DNA of 63,459 nucleotides, filler included, from Hausera hauseri (Eukaryota): NCBI GenBank assembly GCA_046269625.1. It is 11 parts of 11 records of this genome, joined end to end, with 100 filler letters (N's around TTAATTAATTAA, not from the genome) between each part and the next. Parts side by side here need not be neighbours in the genome. Positions count along the whole stretch, not along the records: positions 43,225 to 54,245 come from JBJURY010132205.1; positions 54,346 to 58,537 come from JBJURY010710103.1; positions 58,638 to 63,459 come from JBJURY010424142.1; 8 more parts are not named here. One strand, 5' to 3'. Shown piece by piece: positions 49,971 to 59,828 of this stretch (position 1 is its first letter; each line of letters starts with the position of its first letter). The notes under the pieces were generated by a model. It saw only the letters and a program-made list of their open reading frames with translations, ran no database searches and was not told where the DNA came from. The position numbers and the translations under genes were made by a program.

Positions 49971-52900
49971 CTAAACAACCGTATAAGATTTTATAATTTT
50001 ACATTTTAAGGCTCTTCTAAAGTTCACCAAAAAAACACATAATTTGAGATCATCATTCAATGCATTCCATAATTTCACACCAATAACTGAAACACATCTA
50101 GATTTTACTTTACTTTTCTCTTTAGCTTGTTCAAATATTAACAAACCTCGTAAATTATATTCACCCTCTCTTAACTTAAATAATTTTTGGATTCCAGAAG
50201 GAAGACGTTTATTCAATGCTTTATGCATTATTTCTAATATTTTTATGTACACAATGTCCTGAAATTTTAAAGTGTTACTTTGAATGAAAAGTTTATTAGT
50301 TGGTTCAAAATATCCCACTTTATTAATAAGCCTAATAGCTTTTTTTTGTAACTTGACTAATATGTCAGTAGCTGTTTTATTTGCATTTCCCCATATTTCC
50401 GAGCAATATGACAAATAAGGGATGATCAAGGAGGAGTATATAACATACAAACCTTTTACATTTATTAAGTTTTTTATTTTAAACAGTATTCCAATCGTTT
50501 TTGATATTTTATTTCTAATATATTGAATGTGTGACTTCCAACTAAGTTTATTGTCCAGAATTATGCCTAGAAATTTAGTTTCATAAACTCTTTCGATTTC
50601 AACTCCATTTATGTGTAACTTTACATTATTGTGGATCTGATTACCAGAAAATATCATAAATTTTGTTTTATCTTCGTTTAAGGATAGCTTATTGTAATCA
50701 AACCACCTCTTTAACCGAGCTAGTTCTTTTTCTACTGTTAGTCTTAATTCATCCATATCCTTTCCAGAAAAGAAAAAGTTTGTGTCATCTGCAAACATTG
50801 TAAATTTCAAAATGTTGGATACTGTAAAAATATCATTTAAATAAAGTATAAATAATTTAGGACCCAGAACTGAGCCTTGAGGAAGACCACATTTAATAGT
50901 TTCAATTTGCGACTTAGTGTTATTAATTTGTACATACTGTACCCTATTATTCAAATAGCTCTTTAACCATTGATTTGTGATCCCTCGTAAGCCATATTGT
51001 TCACATTTCTCCAGTAGTCGTACATGGTCAATAGTGTCGAATGCCTTGCATAAATCAATGAACACACCCACTGTATTAAGTTTCTGGTCAACTGCTGCAG
51101 CAACATGTTCCACAAACTCCATCACAGCTAAAGTTGTGGAGCAGTTGTTTCTGAAGCCGTACTGGTGCTCATTTAAAATATTATTCTTGTTAAGGAAGGA
51201 GTCTAGTCTTTTTATGAAAACTTTCTCAAGAATTTTCGAAAATTGTGGTAGTAATGATATGGGTCTGTAATTTGTTAAAATTTGCTTATCCCCACCTTTA
51301 TAAACAGGAAAAACCTTGGCTATTTTCATTTTATCAGGGAAAGTTCCAGTTAAGAATGATCTATTGCAAATATAGGTCAGAGGTTTAATGATACAATAAA
51401 TGACTTCTTTTACAATATCCATATCAATATCATTACAGTCAGTAGATTTCTTATTTTTGATTTTTTTTACCACTTCTATGACCTCACTTTCACTAACCTC
51501 ACCAAGAAACATTGTATTAATATTATCAAATGTAAAATTTAATTTCCCATCATTGATCTTTGGCAACTCATTTATTAAGTTAGGACCAATATTAACGAAA
51601 AACTGATTGAAGACTTCAACAATATCCTCTTTATTTTCAATTGTGATACTTTCCTGTTTGATGCTTATTGGATAATCTTTGTCCTTGTGATTTTTAATAA
51701 CACTATTAATTATCTTCCAGGTACCTTTAATATCATGCTTATATTTTTGCAGCAGTTGATCATAATAATACTCTTTTTGCTTTCTCAGCACTGATGTTAA
51801 TTTATTTTTATATACTTTATATTTTTCTTCTTTTTCCTGAGTTGGGCACTTAATGAATTCCCTGTAAAACCTGTTTTTCTTTTTACATGACTTTTCAAGA
51901 CTCCTTGTCATCCAAGGAGTCGATCTGTTTTTTGATGTCTGTTTATATTTTTTAAAGGGACAATAATAATTGTAAATACTTTCAAATATTTCCAAAAACA
52001 TATTATATGAGTCATTAACATCTTCAACATAAATATTTTCCCAATTATAATTTAATAAATCGGCTTTCATACATTCCACGGCTTCTGGTAGTTTTACTCT
52101 AGATAATTTAAAAGTTGGCTTTGTCATATTTAAATTGAACTGATTACTAATATCCAACACAGTAAACACTGGCAAATGATCGGTGATATCAGTTATTAAT
52201 AATCCGCTTTTTGACCTCACATTGAAATTATTTATAAAAATATTATCAATCAATGAGGCAGTGTCTTTGGTTATTCGAGTTGGTCTTATTATTAATGGAT
52301 AGAAGCCTAAACCATACATCGAGTTGACAAATTCCGTTGTTTTGATATGCTCATTGTATTTTAACAAATCAATGTTAAAATCTCCACAAATGCACGTCAA
52401 TTTTTCATTACACCTTCCATACATTTCGGATATTTTCTCACTGAACTCATCTATACAAGAGCCAGGAGTTCGATAAATACAACTAATTAACATATCCCCA
52501 GATCTATTACCCTCAATTTTAACAGATAAACATTCCAGCAAGTTTTCAACTGAAAATGTCATTTTGGCAATAACCTTACTTTTCAATTCTGACCTAACAA
52601 ACAGTGCAACTCCACCACCCCTCTTTTTATACCTATTCTGAATAAACATTTGATAACCATCCAAACTGTCCAGTAGTTCATTTCCTTCAGAAAACCAAGT
52701 TTCAGAAATTGCTACCACACTAAATTTCTCATTAAAATTTTGTAGATATTCTTTTATTTTAGAAAAATTACTTTGCATACTCCTGCTATTAAAATGAACA
52801 AGTGAAAACCCTCCCAACCTAACATTAAAGTTTTCTTCAGAATAATACTCACACTGCTGTTCAGAATTATAACTGAAATTGGTCTTTGGGTCTATATCAG

Positions 52901-52982
52901 CTTCTACATCATAAAACGTATGATCTTTGAACTCAAAACACCTGAAATGTCGACTTTCACCCATTTTTGTATAATGCATCAT
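49971..52982 (-). CDS. LINE ORF2: APE endonuclease + reverse transcriptase (1003 aa)
   Basis: SETW, GGGV, GDFN, TDH; NYRPISLL, DLCKAFD, GLPQGSVLGP, FADD. Confidence 0.97.
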   Translation of the reverse strand: MMHYTKMGESRHFRCFEFKDHTFYDVEADIDPKTNFSYNSEQQCEYYSEENFNVRLGGFSLVHFNSRSMQSNFSKIKEYLQNFNEKFSVVAISETWFSEGNELLDSLDGYQMFIQNRYKKRGGGVALFVRSELKSKVIAKMTFSVENLLECLSVKIEGNRSGDMLISCIYRTPGSCIDEFSEKISEMYGRCNEKLTCICGDFNIDLLKYNEHIKTTEFVNSMYGLGFYPLIIRPTRITKDTASLIDNIFINNFNVRSKSGLLITDITDHLPVFTVLDISNQFNLNMTKPTFKLSRVKLPEAVECMKADLLNYNWENIYVEDVNDSYNMFLEIFESIYNYYCPFKKYKQTSKNRSTPWMTRSLEKSCKKKNRFYREFIKCPTQEKEEKYKVYKNKLTSVLRKQKEYYYDQLLQKYKHDIKGTWKIINSVIKNHKDKDYPISIKQESITIENKEDIVEVFNQFFVNIGPNLINELPKINDGKLNFTFDNINTMFLGEVSESEVIEVVKKIKNKKSTDCNDIDMDIVKEVIYCIIKPLTYICNRSFLTGTFPDKMKIAKVFPVYKGGDKQILTNYRPISLLPQFSKILEKVFIKRLDSFLNKNNILNEHQYGFRNNCSTTLAVMEFVEHVAAAVDQKLNTVGVFIDLCKAFDTIDHVRLLEKCEQYGLRGITNQWLKSYLNNRVQYVQINNTKSQIETIKCGLPQGSVLGPKLFILYLNDIFTVSNILKFTMFADDTNFFFSGKDMDELRLTVEKELARLKRWFDYNKLSLNEDKTKFMIFSGNQIHNNVKLHINGVEIERVYETKFLGIILDNKLSWKSHIQYIRNKISKTIGILFKIKNLINVKGLYVIYSSLIIPYLSYCSEIWGNANKTATDILVKLQKKAIRLINKVGYFEPTNKLFIQSNTLKFQDIVYIKILEIMHKALNKRLPSGIQKLFKLREGEYNLRGLLIFEQAKEKSKVKSRCVSVIGVKLWNALNDDLKLCVFLVNFRRALKCKIIKSYTVV

Positions 52983-53068
52983 TCACCTCCATCAACATTT
53001 TGCGAAGTAAAAAAACATAGAATACAAAACAAGCCTTCTAACCCATGAAAATCAAGTTATTATCTTGT

Positions 53069-53836
53069 TCATCTATATTTCTCCAGCTCAGATACATTTT
53101 TGATTGTTAGAACTTTAGCCTGCTCAGGAGAACCATTAAGTTTTATCAGTATTTTACAATTCCTTGTCCATGTAGCTTGGATTTTTTTCTCCTTCTTCAG
53201 AATCCTCGCTTGGTAAGCAATCTCTGCATTCTTCCTTGTAAGGTGTTCATTCACAAACACATCTGTACCCTTAAGTTTTTTAACAACTTTTAGCAATTCG
53301 GTTTTGTATTTTGTACTCACAAATCGTAGGATGATCTTGGGTTTTTTGTTCAGTTTATCCAAGCTTGTATTTTGTTTTTGTGGCACTGTGTGACAAGCAG
53401 CGATTGTTTTACTATCCAGCAAAATGTCTTTACTTCTGAAGAACTTGATGACTTGCTGCTCCAGTGAATGTAGCTCTTCTGAAGATGCATCTTCCCCTTT
53501 ATTGTCTTCTGCTATTGCTCTTGAATATGTGCGATGTGTAGTCTTAAGTCCAGATATCACCACATCCTCCTTTCCTGTGTATTGCTCCAAGTCCTCCACT
53601 CTTCTTTCCAGCTCTTCTATCTTTTCATCCTTTTCTTTGATAATTGCTTTCAGTTGTTGAAACTCTCCAATCAAATGCATTAAGCTTGTCTGTTGCTTCA
53701 CCACCGTGCCAAGTTCCTCTGACATGAAATTCAATGAAAGCTTGACTTCTTCCATGTCTTTGGTCCAGCCTGGAGCCATTTTTACTGCTTGAGAGTCCTG
53801 GTAGTACTCAAGGCCTTTAACTAGCTGTTCAATCAC
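53069..53836 (-). CDS. LINE ORF1 (coiled coil + RRM-like + CTD)
   Basis: LEQY..VVISGL, IILRF, VFVNEHLT, TWTRNCKI. Confidence 0.9.
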   Translation of the reverse strand: MIEQLVKGLEYYQDSQAVKMAPGWTKDMEEVKLSLNFMSEELGTVVKQQTSLMHLIGEFQQLKAIIKEKDEKIEELERRVEDLEQYTGKEDVVISGLKTTHRTYSRAIAEDNKGEDASSEELHSLEQQVIKFFRSKDILLDSKTIAACHTVPQKQNTSLDKLNKKPKIILRFVSTKYKTELLKVVKKLKGTDVFVNEHLTRKNAEIAYQARILKKEKKIQATWTRNCKILIKLNGSPEQAKVLTIKNVSELEKYR

Positions 53837-54034
53837 ATGCAGTCAAAAATACTTAGGAGGTGAAAAATTAACAGAAATGGTTTTGCAAATCTAAACTTTG
53901 ACTGAATATCAAATGGCAAAACTTCAACATGTACTTGGATGTTGATTTGTTTTAAAGATATTAGTTAGATATTCACTAGACAGCAGACCAGATCTTCACA
54001 CACTCTCCCAGCCAGCAGCCATCTTGAAAATAAA

Positions 54035-54245
54035 TTAATCGCTGTTCATAACTTTTATGGACAGAATTTTTAGGCGCAGCCAAGGTGTTGAGGGGATCCG
54101 TTTTGGTGACCTTAGGATTGCTTCTCTGTTTTTTGCAGATGATGTGGTCCTATTGGCTTCATCAGGTCGTGATCTACAGCTTTCACTGGAGCGGCTTGCA
54201 GCCGAGTGTGACGCGGCCGGGATGAGGATCAGTTCCTCCAAATCC
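54035..54245 (+). mobile_element. Rex3/RTE-like RT fragment of teleost type
   Basis: FMDRI..SQGVEG.RFG..IASL.FADDVVLLASS..DLQ..AAEC.AAGMRIS. Confidence 0.88.
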
Positions 54246-54345
54246 NNNNNNNNNNNNNNNNNNNNNNNNNNNNNNNNNNNNNNNNNNNNTTAATTAATTA
54301 ANNNNNNNNNNNNNNNNNNNNNNNNNNNNNNNNNNNNNNNNNNNN

Positions 54346-55050
54346 ACGGCTTAGTGAGCTTGAGAAGGACATTATAAAGTTGAGCATATGTATTGGTGTG
54401 GTGAGGGATGTCGATGATATTTGTAATTTTGGTTTTGATAGAAACAGGTAAATGAAAAAATAGGTTGTTGGCTTTGGATAAGGGGTCGACGACGTTTTGT
54501 GATTGGCGTCAGAATTGATGAAGTTTTAGCCATGTTTGGGTAGAATTTTGGCTGTCGAGGAAGTATTCTGTGCAGTGTGAATGAGTGGGGAGTGTGTGTT
54601 GTGTCAAGTTGTTTGAAGCACTTTGTTTGGGTAAGTAAGTAATACAGATCTGTGGTTTGATGGGCTTGTCCGTGGTATAAATTGTGGGTGATGAATCCAT
54701 GCCACCACGGATACAGAAATGAATGTGAAGGCAGACGCAAGTTGTAGAAGGTTGGAGGAGTCCAGCGAAAGGCACTAGAGATCCATTGTGTGTGAGATAG
54801 AAGTCACAGGAGTAAAGTAAGGTAGAGGTGAAGTTGTAAATACCCGCAGTGTGTAAGTGTGTTACTGTATATGTGAATGTGTTGGTTATTTAAAGAAAGG
54901 AAAATAAAGTACAGAGAGATCGTCTGTCTGGGGGCGTCTTATGAAACGGCAACGAAAGGTGCCGTCTGACCTAATGGCGCAGGGTGGGTGGCCGGGACCT
55001 CAACCTCGCAGCAGCGGGTCTCAAATTTCGGAGTAACCGAGGTCCGTACA
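54346..55050 (-). mobile_element. 5' end of CsRn1-like gypsy element (LTR, leader, gag start)
   Basis: CTEYFLDSQNSTQTWLKLH; homologous to 28821-29220. Confidence 0.8.
54942..55050 (-). repeat. Putative 109-bp 5' LTR (family C)
   Basis: TG...CA GC-rich block with hairpin GGACCTCGG..CCGA directly upstream of the gag leader. Confidence 0.62.
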
Positions 55051-55428
55051 TGTAGTGTTTCTTCATTGGTTACTCTGGCATTTATCATTTCTGATACAAA
55101 GAAGTTGTGAGCATGAGGGCACATTGACATATATTGATGAAATATATGTTTTCACAGCGTAAACAACACAGCTGTAAAGTTTGTTGCTCATTCCCGTACA
55201 AAGGTCATAAGGTGACAACAGGATTAATATATTCCGCAAAGTATTCCTTAACTCATTATCAATAATATCTTTGAGACAGGAATTGAAAAAAAATAATTGC
55301 TTGACAACGATGATATCTCAAAAATATTCCCAAATGTTTTTCATCGAATCTGTGTAACGATTGCGATAACGTTTGTTTAATTGTTTAACAGGCGATAGTA
55401 TTTGTCGACGTTTATTCGACCAAAACAA

Positions 55429-57943
55429 TTATTCCATTTCGGCCTTTATCACCACTCGAATGTCAGCTACTTGTTTGGACGAGTCTGAACCGTATTGAAC
55501 GGAGAGAATAAAATATCTTTGGTGGAGAATGATTTCCGTAACGCTGTTCGGTTGTTTAATAACATACAGATTTGAATTGTGACCGAAGGCTTGTTGTGAT
55601 TTGTCAATCATTCCAAGTTCTCTCAAATCACTCTTTAACAAATTAAAATCATTTTTCCAAAGGTAGATAAAAACAGCATCATTTCGTCCGCTGTACACGT
55701 TAATCAATGTTGTATTCCTGAACAGAGCATCGGCAATGAGTTTAAACGGCGTATCAACCGTGTCAACCATTGATACGACGCGGATTTTGTTATCTTCAAC
55801 GACGGATATGCTGATATTTGGATGAAAGCTAAAGAGATGAGAGACAATATCTGGCACAACAGTTAGATAATAAGGCAACGAATCTTGTTTCAACAGCTCG
55901 CTTCGTTCAACACTTTGTAGCTTTTCAAAACTCTCTTCACTGTGTCGTTCTAAACACAAATGCACAGATTCGGCTCGGAATAATTCGAACTCAGACTTCA
56001 ATCTGAATTCGTGAGGCAACTCAATTAAATTCTTCGACATGTCAAATTGATTAATGGAGACAATACTGCGAGCATTGATCCCCATTTTCTGTAACCAGAA
56101 CTCAGGTTGTAAAATATCCGAAAAGTCCTTTTTGGAATATCGTTCATTATTAATCGGCAAGAAATGAAACTGATAGGAATTCAGAAACAACGGATTGATT
56201 TTTGCGTGTTTCAGTTGGGAAAATAAAGCGAACCACTCAAAACCAGTAAAACTTTTCCCAGTCGGATCGTAAACTCGGTTATTCATGAACAACATCCCCG
56301 ATTCCAGATCGTAAACATGGCCACCAAATCCGATGGGAACGTGGATTTCCCAGCTCTTTGTGACTTTCATTTCACCGAATATGTCGTATTCTCGTTCAAG
56401 AACGATTTGTGTCTTTGGCCCGATGATAATCCGCGGAGAACCATTGAAATCAGACAGCACGTAGTACATTGTCTTATCAACTCGTACTGCGAACAAATGA
56501 CCGAATGTTGGATCGTAATAATACGTGCTTAATTCTTTTCGTTTGGAATCATACATGTGGGTTAAACGATTCGGATAATGGGGATCCGTATAGAAATATT
56601 GCAAAATCGATTTAGGATTAACGAGATCTCGTTGGAGAATAAGTCGTTGGCGTTGATCGTAGAAATATTCGATTTTCTTCAGATTTTTTGTATCGGATTC
56701 ATTGAAATGATATTCAACGAGTAATGCAAATGCATTGTACCGAAATTTTTCAAGAACCTTACCCCGCCGTTTTTGAATTAAAAACCCGTCATTGTCATAC
56801 AAATAAGAGACCAGACCACAGCGTGACAAAAGACCACTTTTATCGTCGTACATATACTCCACCGGGGCCCCGGTATTAACCTGCATTGATTTCAACCGGC
56901 CATCTTGATAATACTTATATTCGATGTAGTCGACGCTGTGAGTAGTCGTAATAAAACTCGAATCTCCATAGAAAGAGAACTTTACGTCGAGTTCGTCATT
57001 TAACTTCTTTATCTTGTAGGAAGATACTAGAAGTGGATTTCTGCGTCCTTCATAGATGATGTCAATTGTAAAATTATTATCCATAATGGAAACGATCCGT
57101 TTAATGAGATTGCCATAACTGTTCATTTGAGATTCAATAAATGAACGCGCCGTGGGCAATTTGATTTTCATTACCACTCCATAGTAGAATTCAAATTCAT
57201 CCCACTGGGCTCGTCTGTCTATTGAATCATAAATAATGCTACTCTCTAATCTACGATTAATTTCCGAATTCCGTTTGGAAAAAAAGTTCAAATCAATTTT
57301 CCGCAGTCTCATATCAGAATCGTACCCATAAATGATTTTATTGTCAAAGTTTATCGTATCTAATCTCGGTGATGGAATATTCATGTATGAAACAATTTCC
57401 ATTAACATCGGTCCTTCATATTTCATTGTCTGATTCAAGACGAAACCTCGGGAATGGTCGACTTTTTCGATTTTGTCAACCAACGAAGTGGAATTGCTGG
57501 TTTTAAACGAGATATGTTCACTGCCATAAATAACATCGGAAATCTGATTGGTTGTGGAATAGAAAAAATGAATTTGGTGCTGCTTACTGGGATAGATCAG
57601 TCGGAAAAGGTTTCCATTTAATGTTTCAAAATCATAAATGAAATTAGACGTCAATCCGTAGGGTTGATACAGAATTCGTCGATAACCCAATGACACCAAT
57701 TGTCGAATATTGACTTGAACATCATTCGGTGTAATTATGGTTTGCAATTTTCCATATGAATCATAAATGAACCGATACTCAGCATTTTGGCTGTTGGAAA
57801 TTTTCACAATTCTATTCCCTTCGTACTTGTACTTGAATTCATCATTTATGTAAGGATTAGAAAATTCCACAGTTTTGTTGTCACTACTGTAAATGATTTG
57901 GAGAAATTTCTTGGGCCACTGAATTAATTTTATCTGGCCAGAC
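55429..57943 (-). CDS. Teneurin YD/RHS-repeat region, one large exon; ends prematurely
   Basis: YxYD repeats, LQYFYTD..P.R.TH.Y, GHLFA, YYV.SD..GSP, YD.FG, PIGF.G, R.YDP..; splice acceptor TTCTGTAG upstream; stop precedes the expected C-terminal domain. Confidence 0.85.
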
Positions 57944-58315
57944 CTACAGAATTCAACGAATTAATTTAATATCACATTAATATAGGTTAAAGAAATTTGA
58001 AATGTTTTAATGGCACTTATTCAGAATACTCCCCCAAAATGCATGAAACAAAATTTAATTATTTTTTTGTTGATATATTAATTGTAACTAATGTGTTATC
58101 GCCAGCTTCATGAGTAATTTTTTTATCGTTCTATGTATATTTAAATGAGGAGTATAGTGACTGAGAACCACGAAGAGAGATGAGTTCTTGATTCCGCACA
58201 TAAGTTTCAAATTTTTCACAATTTAAAAAATACTAATTGTTGCCTAAGAAGATTGATATTACTTTGAATATATAGCATGATTGTTGCTTAATATACCTAC
58301 CATTTAGTCAGGGTA

Positions 58316-58537
58316 TACAACTGTGGCCAAAATAATTGGGGCAAGCACGCAATTTTGAACAAAACAGAAATTACTTTATTAAAAATAAGAACCTGCATTT
58401 GCAACACAACAATAATTACAAGTATAAAACAATGTTAGTATTTAGACATATTTCCATGATTTTTAATTATAGTTTTGATACGATTCTAGTAAGCTGCTTG
58501 GATGATGACACCTCACCTTTCTCTTCAGAATTTGTCA
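58316..58537. mobile_element. Possible Tc1/mariner terminal remnant
   Basis: TA|CAACTGTGGCCAAAATAATTGG resembles Tc1 TIR starts. Confidence 0.3.
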
Positions 58538-59828
58538 NNNNNNNNNNNNNNNNNNNNNNNNNNNNNNNNNNNNNNNNNNNNTTAATTAATTAANNNNNNN
58601 NNNNNNNNNNNNNNNNNNNNNNNNNNNNNNNNNNNNNGGTAACATAAAGAATTTATAATCAACACGCATGCTACACTACAAATTTTAAGTTTTCTTGGAT
58701 AAGGTAAATGTAAAGTTGAGCATGGATAATCCGCAGTGTAATATATAATTCCAAAAAACGAAGATCAAGCAAATATGGACAACTACAAACTTTTATTAAC
58801 TTTTCAATTTATAAAATCTATAATCAATTTTTCATATTCATTAGTCACTAACCAATGACACAGAAAAAGATACACGGTCGCTAATACACTTTATTAATAA
58901 GTGAAATTTAATCTACACCAGCAACATTACCATGAAACCATCAGTCAATAAATAAGGTTCTCAAATATTTATTAGAACACTTCAATAAAACAGTTTACCA
59001 CGTGTGAAATTGAAAAACCAATCAGAATAATTTAACGTCATAAGTCTATCAAGCGCAACTAGCCATATTTTCGCGAGTATATACTTATTCCTCTGTTTAA
59101 AAATTTTCATGTCGCACATGTAATTTGTTCCCTTTCAAACATCGAAACACAACCGCATGGTTTACACCATAATGCCATTTGTTCGCTACCATATTGGGCT
59201 AGACATTTTTATACTGTTACTGTCATTTGCTTTTGAATCCGTTCCATCTGGACAATTACCTTGACTCATACGTCTTTTCTTTTCTGATGGTTTACGTGAT
59301 TACTAGTAAACACTTTTGCTGTGGAGGATGAAATAATAATACTCGGAACGAACTAAAAATTTGAATAAGTCTGTGCTGTCGGTGTCTCTTTTTGCTTATC
59401 AGTGAAAGAGGGTAGTATGTTAATAAGTTAATTGGAGTTGGTCGGAGTGGTGAAGGCACAAGCTTCATTTCATTACTTGTTCTTGACTCCTTGGACACAG
59501 GTGAAACAACGGTAGATTTTGTTGTTGTATTGGAACCAGTTGATGTAATTCCACTAGTAGAAACATTATGACATTCATAAAGAAGATAATATGACCGAAT
59601 ATTGTGAAGGCATTTCTATTATTCAACAACTGGTTGTTACGGTAGATTGTGTTAGAGTTTCTATAATGATAAAATTGAAGTCATTTGATTGGTAATAGAA
59701 TTATCATAATCAAATTAGTCGTATTAGAGAAATACAAATTCTTATACTGGTTGCAGCTAGACTGTGGTGGCGCCCTAGTCCGTATCGAATAATTTACATC
59801 TGATTCTGTATGATCGACGATTACAAAT

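Larger units (their letters stand above)
49662..54026 (-). mobile_element. Apparently full-length CR1/L2-group LINE (Crack/Daphne-like)
   Basis: 5' AAGATGGC start, ORF1, intact ORF2, 3' AATAAA plus (AAATC)n tail. Confidence 0.88.

Noticed and set aside
54942-55050. Hammerhead or HDV ribozyme in the mini-LTRs
   Set aside because: No CUGANGA/GAAA core or complete HDV pseudoknot found by eye; needs a covariance-model search
55429-57870. Bacterial RHS/YD toxin by horizontal transfer
   Set aside because: Motifs fit metazoan teneurin and a splice acceptor precedes the frame
5465-58637. Regularly recurring TTAATTAATTAA motif
   Set aside because: Always embedded in identical N blocks; an artificial six-frame-stop linker, so adjacency across it has no meaning
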